DNA of 64,000 nt from the human T2T-CHM13v2.0 reference genome, Homo sapiens: assembly GCF_009914755.1 (NCBI RefSeq), contig NC_060945.1. The stretch is one strand, 5' to 3'. This document shows positions 25,077 through 41,721 of this stretch, piece after piece. The translations under genes and the position numbers were made by a program. Below the pieces are notes generated by a model. It worked only from the letters and a program-made list of their open reading frames with translations. It made no database searches and was not told the origin of the DNA. Each line of letters starts with the position of its first letter. Positions within the stretch are counted from its first letter, which is position 1.

Positions 25077-25980
25077 TGTATTAATCAGGGTTCTCCAGAG
25101 AAACAGAGCTAAAAAAGTTCAGAGAAACAGACCCAATAAATCATACATAATGTGATTAATATTAATATATAAAAAATCATATAACATATCATGATATATA
25201 TTAATATATTTTATTATATATTTATATATCATTATATATTACTATATAATAAATCATAGTATATGTAATAAAAAATTATATATTATGTATTATATAATAT
25301 AGTATATATTATAAATCATATAATATATGTAATTATACATATAGAGTATAGATGTTAATATATGATATATATACTGTATATAATTATATACATACTATGT
25401 ACATACTCTATATTATAATTATATATAGTATATATGTTTATATATGATATTATATCATAATATATACCAAATATGATACTACATAAATACTATACATTAT
25501 TGTAGTATAGAGTATATATAATATATATATCATAATATATACTATATGATTTATTATAAGGAATTGGCTTAGATTGTGGAGGCTGAGAAGTCCCAAGGTA
25601 TGCAATCATCAAGCTGGAGACCCAGGAATAAAGATGGTATAGTTCTCATCCAAAGGCCAACAAGCTCAACACTCAAGAAGAGCCCATGTTTCAGGTTGAG
25701 TCTGAAGGCAGGAAATGACCAATGTTTCAGCTCAAGCAGTCAGGCAGGAGCAATTCCCTCTTACTCACAGAAAGGTCAGCCTTTTTGTTTATTCAGGCCC
25801 TCAATGGGTCAGATGAGGGTCACCCATACTGGGGAGGGTGACCTGCTCTCCTTAGTCTACTGATTCAAATGTGAATCTTGTTTAAGAACGCCTTCAGAGA
25901 CACACCCAGAATAATGTGCCACCAAATGTTTGTGTACCCTGTGGCTCAGCCAAGTTGATGCATAAAATTAACAACTCACT
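25077..25980 (-). mobile_element. MLT2 (C-like) HERV-L LTR with expanded AT-rich tract
   Basis: Ends 'tgtattaatcagggttctccagagaaacaga' and 'gacacacccagaataatg...cataaaattaac'. Confidence 0.82.
25141..25550. repeat. Degenerate (TA)-rich low-complexity tract
   Basis: ~400 bp of almost pure A/T. Confidence 0.9.
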
Positions 25981-26660
25981 ACTCAGAAACGGAGATATGT
26001 AGGAGGTATGTATTTGTCTCTAAGCTTTGGGGTTAGCTACTGCTGTTTATTTTCCAAGGGGCTTTAAAGATGTTTGAGAAACTAAGAACACTAGAATCAT
26101 ATGGCTCATCCCAAAAGCTCATCCAACTCAGGAGCCTCCAACTTTCATAGGACCATTCATGTGGGGGGGGTGGCAGCATTTTTCTTTGATGTGTGTCACA
26201 AAGAGTAGAGATTGAAATTCAAAGGTACGACTTCCTTTTGATAAGGCTCTCTCATCTATGAAGTCATCTACAGTTTTCTTGAAACTCTTTACTTTCATCT
26301 CTATTACCTTTCAGGGGTTTCAAGCTGATGAAGTCCATTGAGTAGAAGTATGCATTCATTTTCCAAAAAATGTTTTCTTCAAGTTTCAAGGACATGCTTC
26401 CTTTTTGGCTCATCCTAGATTTGAAAATGAATATGTCCTTCATGTTTATGTATTCTTCTCATGATCTGTACTTTTACAAATGAAAAATCTTAAATTGCCT
26501 TTATTCTATTTTCATCTAGAACTTTGTCTTCATATGGATTACTTCAATTGCCCTTGTGTTATAATAACTACAATTGCTACTGGATATGAATAGGTGAAAA
26601 TAGGAAAATGGGGATACTGGATAACTAATGGGAAGAGAAAGATGGTGATGTCTTTTTGTC

Positions 26661-26962
<302 letters not shown>

Positions 26963-27289
26963 GGGTTTGAACTTTTGCACAAGTTCTTGCCCACAATCTT
27001 CCTTACCTTGTAAATACTGAGTTACTTTCTCAAAAGTCAGCTCCAATATTCACCTGTCTTATGAAGCCTTCCTTCATCTTCCACAGGCACAGATTTCCTT
27101 TTCACTTTTCTATAGAATAAATGCATATTTATTATGATGCAAAAGATAGTTCAATTGCAATTCGTTATGATTTGAGTCTCATTCTACCCATTGTAATTAC
27201 TATAGTGTTTTTGAGATAAGACTAAGGGGAAATTATTACAGCTGCAATTTGAAAATACTTTTTGGAATGTTTTGATACAACACATAAGA

Positions 27290-28430
<1,141 letters not shown>

Positions 28431-29874
28431 AGAACACACTTTGCAGATATTAGTAAGCATTTATTTTATTTATTTTGTAGTCTGTTAATTCCTTATAGAA
28501 GGAAACCAGGATGTTTATCTTTAAAACCTTTGGGCATAGCACAGTGCGTGATATGCTATAGTGGAAATTGCTTAGTAAATGATTATAGGATGCATAAGTA
28601 TCTAACAGACCATGAGATATAAGAAACCCTCTCAGGGAGGTTCTGAGTCCCCTCTTTTACTAGCAAAATGCTTGAACTATTCAGATGAAAACTATTATAT
28701 GATAGCAATTTATCATTTCAGAAAATTTGGAAAGTACTACTTTGAGTAGTCCAACTATCCAGTGAAAGCATAGCATCATTTGGCTTAGAAAAAATGTTTT
28801 CAAAGGTGTCTGATTCCATCTTTCCCTAATTGTGATTTAAAACACAAAATTTATCCCAAAAGTAATGATGACCATTTTGAATGTCAAAAGAAATTTCTAT
28901 CAGAAAAAGCCTTACACTTTAACTTTCTTTCAACTTTGAGTGCAAATTATAAGTAAAATGAACTCCAGTCAGATCTTCATTTAACTTAAGAGTATGTTTA
29001 GAGGTAGCTATTATTAGTGCTATAATTGATTTTTCTCCCTTTTGAATATATCTGGAGCATATAATTGGATGGATCAATACTTTTAGTTATGGAAAGTTAA
29101 GGAACAAAACATGAACTAAAGACTCTGACTCTTGTTTCAATAAAGATGTGATACTTTCATTTTCAAAGAGAAGAACAGTCATACTGTGAATAAATTTAGT
29201 TTATTCTGTTGCAAGTAAGTTTTAGGAAAGGAATGATGATAAACTCAAATATGTTTGAGCTTCGTTATTTTAACAGAATGATCATATTTTATACTGCAAT
29301 GAGTAATAAAATATGAATTTTTGTTGTAGATGTATAAATAAACTAAATGTGTGACTTTTCTTGTCATTTTCTTAAGATTAGACATATAAATAAAATGAAG
29401 ATTCTTTGAAATTTGTCATGTACAAAGTTATGTCTTTTTATTTTCTTTAAATACTGTGATTTAGAGTATGCAGTAAAATGATGTTTCATAATAGGTATTT
29501 TGTAGTTTGTTTCTCATTTTAAAAAATATGAAAATAAAATCCTAAAATGAGAAATTCAGGTGAAGGCTTTAGGGTAGGTTCTCATTTACTTGTGCAGACT
29601 TTAATATGCTTCTGCCCTTAAGTGAGACTGCTAATTTCCTAATGGTCCTATAGAGGATATGATGCCTTTTGCAGTTCCCCAAGGAACATCAGAGAGAAGA
29701 AGAAAAAAATACTGCTTGGGTTTCAAGATTGAAGAGTGAAAAATCTAAAAAAGCTCTCAATAGCCTACTGTAGAAATAATCCCCAGTGGTTCAAACTGCT
29801 TAGCTAGATGTAAAAAAATAAACATTCTCTTTCCCAGCATGCCTGCCACCCTGCAAATTATTTTATACAAGTCT

Positions 29875-30714
<840 letters not shown>

Positions 30715-33700
30715 TTAAAAATGAAGATCATGAAATGCACCAGGTTGTAGATGTTTTTACATCTGTGTCTCCGCACAACAGAAGAAAAAGCATGACCACT
30801 GATTCACTGAAATATCTGCAAAGTAGCAAGTGCGGCTCATTTAATTTCAAAAGATAACCAAATAAATAACATTTATTTTCATTATAGTAGATTTCAAGAT
30901 ATTTGCTGAATCCTTGCAGATCAGAGAAGAGTATTTCTAAAGAAGTAATAGGCAAGTAAAAAGTCAAATCTTCTGGAAAACTATTTTACAGTAGGGAAAT
31001 TAAATGGAAAGCTCTTTATTTGGAAGACTAATTAGAATAAAGGAGCACTATACCTGTGTTATAAATGGACTCTCTTATGGAAAAGTTTTTGTAATTCTAT
31101 ATAATACTATAATTGTATGGAGTATATGAGGTATATTTGTATAGAGTATACATTTGTATACAATAAATTTGTATAGAGTATACAATGTGTAAAATGCATA
31201 GTGGTACTATAATTGGTTAAGGATTAGCTACACTTCGGAGGAGATCTAGTTTACAAAATGACCAGATTTTGTCATTAATCCTTTTTATAGAAGTGCTAAA
31301 ACCTGGGCTCAAACACAAAACTTGACCTCCAACTCTGAAACCTTTGCTCTGCAGAATTGTTGGCTCATCTCAGTAAGTGGTAGTTGAGTACACAGGAACT
31401 TACAAATAATTATGAAAACCCTTAACTTCTCAGAGTTGCTGAACAAAATGGGATTCTTAACTCCTCTACATTTGTGAATAAAAAAATTCTTCATATTATG
31501 CAAAAATTAATATGCCATAATTTTAAAAATCATAAGGGTACGTTGGCTTTCATCAGCCTGTAGCTTGCACATAGTTTATGAATCTAGCAAAGGTCATGTT
31601 TAATCTGTGGAGTTGCTAGTTTTCATACATGTGGGAGGGAAATATTCAAAGGTGTTTGAATCATTCAAACTCTAGAGATCAATTCTGACTATTTTCTGGA
31701 ATGTTTTTTCTTCTTCTAGTTGAGTTTTTCTTCTCCTTGGAAATATCCATTTCACAAGGGCATTTTTTTTTCTCTATAATGTTCAACTATTCCTTTCTTT
31801 TTCCGTTCTCTTCTCCATTTCCTTTTTATTCTCTATTTCTCCGTTTTTGTGGGGAGAATATTTTATCCCTGCTGTTTTCTGTTATGCATTGAGGTTCACA
31901 CTGTAATAGTATGTGGCAAAATCAATTAACTGGTACTAAAACAGCTTTTTAAAAATGAAATAGAAGGGAAATAGGAGGATAATACCAGATTATCTACTGT
32001 ATGTAATAAGAACAGACATTTTTTAAATGAAACATTATGAATCTGTTGTGTGTGTGTTTATATATATGATACTAAATGAATTTTTTACTGGGAGTCATAG
32101 TAAAAAGTTAAAAAACCACTGGATTAATGAGTGTTAAGGACTTGATAAAATTGTACAGAATTATTTCAAGTAACATATTTTAAAAACTGAACAGAGCATA
32201 AGCCATAAGCCAGGGCTTATGACTGTTTTCCCTATGGTGATTATTTGTTTTAAAATTTTTGTGGTAGCAGAATTTGGCCCTGTTAACATTTACTATAATG
32301 TTCATTCATATTAAATATATTCAGGTTGGAATGGATTTACTTCACAGAACAATCTGGCCCTCAGGAAAAAGGTGAAATGAGGGGAATTTTTTTTTTTTTT
32401 AAATATTCATACCCAGGATCCCAGACAGCTTTCTCTTTTGGGATTTGCCTTACGCCTTCCTATCCAGTATACTCTTCCACATAAGATTTATCTTAAAAGT
32501 CATTTTCCTCAAGAAACATTTTCTTACCAATAATTCATGTACCAACTTACTAATAACACACTTAACATAAAAAGGACAGATGTGGTCTTCTATTAATAAA
32601 ATGAGAGACTTGCCTGCTCTTGTTTTGGGATTAAATGTTTTATTATTTCTTTTTTTTCAATCATTCTTTTACAGTAATTGTGTGGGAACAAAAGTGATAA
32701 TGATTTGTAAAATTCTTATTTATATTTAAGAAATCCATTTCAGAGTTCTGTCTGAAGTAAAAAGAGTAAAAGCTCCACATGCCAAATAATTACTTGGTTA
32801 TTTTTAAGCTAGTATAGAGATTAATCAAGAAGTTACTGGGAACTTACTGTTTGAAATTTATAGATGTGTATTCCCCATTTGCCCTGGTCGACCATTCCCA
32901 TTCGCTACCAACCTTATAAATCCTTTGAATATGTACTCGCAATGAATAAACATAATGAATTATTACTCTGGGGGTACTCAAAAAATTTTGTTGGGAAAAT
33001 GGACTTCTTGTGCCAAGACTCAATCAGTGTTAGCAGAAACCACAGAGAGACACAGAATATTTGAGTTTAAATGGCCTCAGAGATCTTAACTTAGGGATTT
33101 GGACTTTGTGACCAACAGCTCACAGGTTCAGGGCCTATCCACGGCCATGGACTCAGAGGAAGAGTGGTCCTCAAACCCAGGACTTCTGAGTTCAGTTAAG
33201 GACTAGTTCTAATAACAGTTGTTTCAGATCTCCCGAAATACTCTCAAACAGGCTGTGATAATGTACCCCCAAGATAAGAGCACAGCCAGGTGTGGCTAGC
33301 CACAAACACAACTATGTAGACAAATATTCTACCACGAAAGTTTATACAAATGTGCACATACTTAATGGTGTTTCTAGATACTTTCAATTACATAAGATTA
33401 GCTAAATCTTAGATGCCAGGAAAGTGGATTGTAATTTTTTTCTGACTTAGTGAACCCCCAGACACATGACTGCGTAACTCTGTGAGTGTGTATACGCAGC
33501 ACCCATTGGTAACTTAACCTCCTGGTGTTGAGAAAGAACAGGCAGAAAATGGGTCATCTCCCTTTATTGCAAGATGATACTTATTAGGTATAGTACTTAA
33601 AATGGAACATCCATTTTAATGAGTGTCTAATCCTGATAATCTTGTAATATGTGATGCTCTTAAACTTGTGCTGGATCATGTTACACCAAATTAAATTTTT

Positions 33701-34710
33701 AACTGGTTCAGTATACTTTTAAAAGTATATTTAATTCATACTTTACCTTCTACCTATTTTTCAGTTGCTATATTCTCACTCTCTCTTGATTTCGGGGAAC
33801 CAAAACATATTTGTATGATTTTCTGAATCTCTAATAAACTCTACTTTGGGCGAACACATCTATCAAAAGAGATGCCCTTTCAAGATTGTATTGACTTGCA
33901 ACTATCTGTAGCAAGCTTTGTTTGTAAATCATCACTAACCTTTTTCATGTTTTAATTTTTTATGAACTGTTTTTAGTGTCCCTCTAGGATTTCAAATATT
34001 GCAGGAGAACAAATGAGTTATGATGTGATTCTCCGGGCTAAGAAACAAAACATACTTTTCAAGGTTCTGTCTAAAGTGTACTCTTAAGCCAAATCGTAAG
34101 AACCTGAGTCTTTTAAAAATGTTTCCAAAACTAAGTACTCACAAAATGTGCTGTACTTGTCCTATCTTAGCACTTGTCACACTTTATTGTACAGGTTTCA
34201 TAATAGTGAGTGTCTTGTAAGAAACTTTACAACCTATGACCTTACCAGGAGCATGTTTTTCCACTCTACCATTTGCACCTAATATAATACCAAGCACATT
34301 ACAGGTATAAGACAAATGTTTTTAGGTTAATGAGAAGTGGTTTGACTGTTGATAAGATTTTACTTAATATTGTGTGTATTGTTTGTGACATAACCATTAT
34401 TTGAGAAGCAGCATATTTAGTAATTAAAGACAATAACAATATACGTGCATTTTTTTAGATTTCTTATTGCATTACTTAAAAAGCTCTGAAAATATATGGT
34501 GTCCAAAGCACATAGCTAGCTCTACTATCAGGTGGATCACTGCTCAACAAATACCCTGAATAGGTAAGATCTTCTAGGACCCTTACTGATACCAGTGGGA
34601 CATGCACTTAAGAATACATACAACATTGATTTCATATATGGTATTCAAATTTACATCTCTAAAAATGAAAATATATTTTCTTACTACTTAATGTTAAAAT
34701 TTATGGTAGA

Positions 34711-35063
34711 TAAAAAGGAACGAGATCATGTGCTTTGCAGGGATATGGATGAAGCTGGAAGGCATCATCCCCAGCCAACTAACACAGGAAGAGAAAACCA
34801 AACACCGCATGTTCTCACTTATAAGTGGGAGCTGAACAATGAGAACACATGGACACAGGGAGGGGAGCAACACACACTGGGGCCTGTCAGAGGGAAGTAG
34901 GAGAGGGAGAGCATCAGGATAAATATCTAATGCATGTGAGGCTTAATACCTTGATGTTGGGTTGACAGGTGCAGCAAACCACCATGATACACGTTCACCT
35001 ATGTAACAAACCTGCGTGTGCAGAAGTACGTGTGTCCCAGAACTTAAAATTAAAAAATAAAAA
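34711..35063 (+). mobile_element. 5'-truncated older L1PA 3' end
   Basis: ORF2 tail, 3' UTR and poly-A; perfect 15-bp TSD AAAATTTATGGTAGA at 34696-34710 and 35064-35078. Confidence 0.92.
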
Positions 35064-35976
35064 AAAATTTATGGTAGAACATGTGTGTAATTTTCAAATG
35101 AGCATAATATATTGGGGAAATGATTTTTTTTGACAAATATGTGATTTAAAAAAATTGAATATTACTGTTTACAAGACCATCATTAATATATATCCAGAAT
35201 ACTATGACGATGCAAAATATTGAATGATGGTTCAGGAACATGTTTACTCTTCATTGACATAAGTGCAGATGATGTAAACAATGCACTGTAAATATGCACA
35301 TATTTTAAACTACCATTTGAGATCACATTATAGGAAAATTCTGGAAGTTACAAGCAAATGACAGATAAATAGAAACCAAATAGAATTGAGGAACTTGAAA
35401 CACAGGTGAAGTAGAAAGCCAATGAAAAAGTGAAATTGCCTAGCAAAACTGCAAAAAAACTACTCAGACTGGCATTAACAAGAGCTTGGCTAGAGTAGTC
35501 TATGAGGTTGTTGGCAGGATAGTTTATCGCTAAGCTGCAAAGCTGGGCCAGTCAGAATGGCCAGTTGGGATGTGATGGTGAGCAGTATCATCAACAATGG
35601 AAGCTAGAAATAGGAGAATATTATCTTCAAGTAGTGAAGGGAAATAATTGTTCATCTAGAACTTTCTGTCTCCAAGCCTTTAAAAAAGAAGGACAAACTC
35701 AAGATTTTTGCAGAAAAATAAATATAGTGGGCATTTCTCATCAGCAAACCCACATAAAAAATGAAATGACTTCAAAGGAAGTCTGAGATGCAAGAAGATA
35801 TGGTGAGCAAATAAAATAGACACATGTTTGTAACCGTAAGGAAACATTTACCAGGTAAAAGAATTACAACATTTTAAAACTAATGGGATAAAAATCAAGA
35901 AAAATAAATGTGAAAGAAGAGAATATAAATTGAGAAATGACTGATGAGATGAAAGCTTTCTGAGTTCCTTTCATTA

Positions 35977-36303
<327 letters not shown>

Positions 36304-37156
36304 TTAACTTTAATATGTAAGTGAAACATCATGTTAAATTTTATAAGAAAACAGCTAATAGAACAGAAACAATGTTTATATACCAAAGCATAAAGAGAAA
36401 AAAAAAAACCTTGGATTTTCAATGAAGTGATTTAATAACTATTTAGTTAAAGATGCAAAATTAAAGTACTGACAGTAGAGGGCAGGGTATCCCTGATGCT
36501 GTGCTGATAATTTCTTGAAATTGCAGAGTATCTCATGTTATCCCTAAAGTCATATATTTCATGTATTGAGCCAGATATTAAAGATTTTATGTTTAAAAAA
36601 TACTGATAACACAATTTACTTTTTATTAAAAACAGAGATCTTGATATGATCTGTGTAATATGAAGACCTAGCTTCTAGACAGGAAATGGTATATTTATTT
36701 TCATTCTCTGGATTTAGAAAATTTATTGAGTTTTGCTGATACATTTTGAGAGTCATTTTTTTTTTGCATTGAAAACAATTTTGAAGTCTCTTGGTTAAAA
36801 AAGAAAAAAGAAAAAAAGTAACTATACAACAGGATAGTGACCATCCCAATATCCAATCTCTAAATAATGGCCAATATTATTTCTGGATGTGATTCTTTAG
36901 CTATATGCTTTCCGATCCTATAAATAACTTTTAAAATCCTTCTTTGATTCTGAATCCCTTACAACATCTTTGTGGTTTAGTGCAGACAAAACTGGATCTT
37001 ATATCCTGTTTTAAGCAACTGTGTTAACATATACGAAACACTCAAATGCTTGTTTCTTTGTGAATAAATAAGATGTTTTATGTTGCCGCCCTCTTTATGT
37101 TAATTATTCTAATTAAATTGTCAAAGTACAGAGTGTAACTGGACTTTAACATTTTA

Positions 37157-37599
37157 TTAATTAGTCACTTAGGAGAGCCTAGGTTATTCTGCTATTAGTC
37201 ACTGATATTTAAGTCACTTGTTATTACTGGATAACACTGATATCATTGATACTTAAGTGACTTAAAATACCAGTGACTTACAGCAACAATATTTTATTTC
37301 TCATTCTGCTACACGGTCCTCTGGGTTGATCCTAGTGTGATTCCACGTTGTCTTCACTCTGGACTCCAGCTCATGGAGCAGTGTTTCTCTGCAATATTCT
37401 AATCTCATAGAACAGGAGTAAAAAGAAAGTGCCAGACTACATAGTGGCTCTTAAAATTTCTGTTTGCTGGTGACATGTGTCACTTCTGCCCACTTTTCAC
37501 AAGTCATACGACCAAGGCTGATATTAGTCAGTGAGGGAGTATAATCCTTCCTGAAAGCTGGGCTGTAAACACTTGCCAAAAGTAACGCCATCTACTACA
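37157..37599 (-). mobile_element. MLT1 (I/J-like) LTR
   Basis: 'ctaggttattctgc', 'tggctcttaaaatttctg...catgtgtcacttctgcccac', ending 'atctactaca'. Confidence 0.6.
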
Positions 37600-37746
37600 G
37601 TATCTTTATGATATTTCTGAGAAATCGAGCCAAAATTTTAGTCAACCGGTTGGTGTAAACTACTTATACAGATGTTCTGTACATATTATTATTGTTTAGT
37701 CTTCAGTCCCTGAGGATTCTGACGAAAGTGCTCTAGGAATCTAGTA

Positions 37747-38340
37747 CATTAAGTCCTGACTTAATACTGTTAATAGGCTCTTGGAAACTGACTGAGTGAA
37801 AAGATGAATGAATGGGGAAACCAATCTTCCCACAGGCTACTTGGTATAAACAAGAGTTAAGTTCCTACAGCATATTTTGATCACAAAAACATCAGCAAAC
37901 TTCTAACTAAAGACTAAAACACTTCTAATTTTAAATATTATAATAAATGTGAGCAATGTATACATTTAAGAAAGAGTGATAAAAACAAGTAAGACAATTA
38001 TTTACCCATTTATTTCAGTTCAGGGTTGTGGGTGTCCAAAACCTATGCAGACAGCTTAGAGCACAAGACAGGAACCAACCCTAGACGGGATGCCATCCCA
38101 TCAAAGGGCACACTGACATAAACACACACACACACACACACGCAGACTGGGACCATGTAGGCATCCCAATTCACCCAACATGCACAGCGTTGAGGCGTGG
38201 GAGAACACTGGAGAACGGGGAGAAAACTCATGCAGACATGAGGAGAACGTGCGAACTCCATTCAGACAGTGGCCCCAGCTGGGAATCAGTTTTCTTCTCA
38301 TCAACATTATAACAACATGATTTTATTTGAGGACCTGCTG
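37747..38340. mobile_element. MER6A-like TcMar-Tigger element
   Basis: TIR-like 'cattaagtcctgactt' and 'tttgaggacctgctg'; internal 'gagaaaactcatgcagacatgaggagaacgtgcgaactcca'; internal (CA)n. Confidence 0.8.
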
Positions 38341-38388
38341 TGGACTGTATATTTTATTTAGGAATGACTATATCTTATGTTGGTGATT

Positions 38389-38688
<300 letters not shown>

Positions 38689-39858
38689 TATGTTGGTGAT
38701 TATTAATGGTAAGGAAAAATTTTAGAAGGTCCTGAAAAATGAAATAATGCTATGATAATGAGTTTACTTTGCTTTTTCACAAGGATGGGATGGCAAAGAG
38801 AGCTCCTGGTCTCTCCTTCATTCTGTTTCTGGTGGAAGGGATTATAGATCTATGAAGGAGAGAGGGAACAAAGAAAACAAAGATTTTTTTTCCTTGTTAG
38901 AATCAACTGTAGGTCTTAGAAGACTACTTTCGTGAATATAGTGTTTTAAATTTACAAAATAATTTATGATTTTTTTTCATAAAACTTTTAGACTAAGGCT
39001 GGTAAGCTAACAGGTGATATGATTGCCATTTTCCTGTGGAGGATTCAGATTTAGAAATAATTAGCTCAGGTAATGAATATTGTAAAGACTGAGAATTTAA
39101 ATTTTGTGACTTTTTTTTTCTTTTACCCATAGATTATGTAGCTTTTCAATTATTGTAGAAGTCTTAACGTTATCTTTAGTCATGCTGTGTTCCTAGATGT
39201 GACTCTCAAATAAATTCTGGTGAAAACTATTATTTAAAAAATGAAATGACTGACCTAACATATTGATTATTTTTCAACTCTGCTTTATAACTGTAAGAAA
39301 AACTAGATATGACTAAAATATCTTTCCCTAATATTTGAATTTTAAACAACTTAAAGCATGTATAGCTATCTTGTCCATTATTATTATACTTGTGAGACAA
39401 ATTTGCAAAGTAACAATATTTTTGAAATTAAGAAAAAATATAGATCATAGGACTTGTTAAACTAGATATTTCTGTATTAAAAAGAGCTCAAAGTCAGCTC
39501 CTTTTTTCCCCTTTCATTTTAGAAGGCTGAATACTGATCAAATTTCAGGTCTACAGATATACTCTGAAATAAGGTTATTAAATTCACATCCTGCTAGGGG
39601 AGCTACCTACCTTGTTTATGCCCCCTGGGCATCCAGATTTTTTTGTTCACTAAATCATGACAAGTAACAATTCACATTACCTAATCAGTTTCTTTAGAAT
39701 AGGACCATATAGACAGCCAAAATAATATTTGAGAATTAGTGAGCCTGCCCACACTGTAGAAAGAGAACCGTATTTATTTTATTTTCTCTTATTGTATGGC
39801 AGTTTAATTATTAAAGGCATGGTATTGAGTTTGAATCTTGGTTTATTGCCTTTTAGAT

Positions 39859-40159
39859 CAGGGGTTGGCAGACCATAGTCTGCCAACCAATTATTGGTTG
39901 GTCAGTCATTTCATTTTTTAAATAATAGTTTTCATTTTAAATAATGAAAACTATTATTTAAAAAATGAAATGACTGACCTAACATATTGGCCCCACCAAT
40001 GATTTTCGCAACACAGCTGTGTTTTTTGTGTAAGTATTGTCTATAGATGCATTTTCTCTATGCAGCAACAGAGTTGAGCAGTTGTGATGGAGACCTTAAG
40101 GCTGGCAAGGCCAAAATATTCACTCTCTGGCCTTTCAAGAAAAAATTTACTGATCCCTA
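39859..40159. mobile_element. MER58A MITE carrying a complex insertion
   Basis: TIR 'caggggttggcagac'; body 'gagttgagcagttgtgatggagacc...aaaatattcactctctggccttt'; end 'tttactgatccct'. Confidence 0.8.
39900..39979. repeat. Perfect inverted repeat, 37-bp arms with 6-nt loop
   Basis: 39900-39936 is the exact reverse complement of 39943-39979. Confidence 0.95.
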
Positions 40160-40169
40160 TTCTAGGCGG

Positions 40170-40340
40170 ATGACTTTGCCCAAGTTATTTAAGTTTCTTT
40201 GCCTCATCTTCTAATTATAAAATGCTAATGATAGTCTCTACTAAGTTGGGTTTGTGTGAAGATTAAATGATTTACTTTATACAAAAAATTAGCATAGTGA
40301 TAGATTGGAAATAAGTGCATCATAAAGACTAGTTATTGAT
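40170..40340 (+). mobile_element. MIR
   Basis: 'tgactttgcccaagttatttaag...gcctcatc...aaaatg...gtgaagattaaatga'. Confidence 0.65.
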
Positions 40341-41686
40341 GAAACTATCATCTTATCAAGAAATATAGACTGGCATGTATTTCCTTGTCACTGGAGGAAA
40401 TATAAGGAACTGGTAAAAGCTCTTATAAGAGAATGAATCTTTGGTGATATTTCATCAAGAATCTGGATTCTTTTGTGCTGAATCTCTTTTCTGGGTTCCA
40501 CGGAATTCTAGCCTCTTGCAAGCCTGCTCTGGAGTGCCCCTTCTTGTAGCAGGCCCTTTCTTGTTATCTGTGGGGCTATCTCCATGTCTACATCTGGAAT
40601 TGCTCAAAGGTCACTGAAGTATTGAAACTTTATTAATGGATTTGTTCCCCTCCAAATTGCTTTCCACAATGCCTGCAGCCAGGAGCTTATAGCTGGGGCA
40701 TGGCTTTTCTGTCTGATTTTGGAGACCTCACTGCTTTGCCCTTTATTTACCTTCTCAGTGAGGAACAAAAAGGTTTCATTCTGTTTGCTATTAGACATGA
40801 AGAGTTTTCATGAGTTAACAAGTTCTTTATTGGGCAAATGTATTTCAGTCCAGCATGTTTAAACATTACAGATGGGAGCAAATTTTAGGGCTTTCTGATT
40901 TACAATACTATGTTCAATATCAGGTAAATTGCAAAATATGTGAAGACTTATTTCTTTAGCTTTGTGATTGCCAATATTCTTAAGATTGTTTTTCAGATTA
41001 CAAGTAAAATATGTAAATTTTAGAAATTTTAACAAATATAGAGAAAGAAAAGTCTGCTTTAAGCCTTTTCCTCAATTGTGGCACTTTCTGTCTTGTGTTC
41101 TCTTCACACACACACACAGACACACACACACACAATTGTACTTTATATAGTAATATATCATATCATTGATATGCTTTATTGTGTCTTGTATCATGTTTAA
41201 CTTGATACAGTCCCAGGCATAGTTTCCTATATGATTAATTTTTGCAACATAGGATTTCAGTCTGTAGAAGTACCACAATTTATTTAAACAGTTCATATTC
41301 CAAACTTAGGAAGAGAGTAAATTGTTACAACTTTTCTAAAGGTTAATCTGTTAATATAATGTGAAATTTTTAATTTAGAGTCTCTTAGACATAGAAAATT
41401 GCATTTCTAGGAATTTATCCTAGGGAAACTAATAGGAAAACCTCACCTAAATACAGGTATTGAAATGCTCACATTAGAGTGTATAAGAGTGAAAATAGTT
41501 TTGTGGGCTCAATGTCCACGAGTAGAAGATTGTGTAACTACTTTATGGTGCACGCTTCCAATGGAATGCAGTCTGGTTAAAAGTGAAGGAGTTCATTTTT
41601 CTTTATGTACATTAAAATGCTTTATGCTGTTTTAAGTGAAATAGAGCAAATGAAATGAAAAGAATAGTTTAACAGATCTTAGTTTG

Positions 41687-41690
<4 letters not shown>

Positions 41691-41719
<29 letters not shown>
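41691..41719 (+). repeat. (AC)n microsatellite
   Basis: ~14 units. Confidence 0.95.
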
Positions 41720-41721
<2 letters not shown>

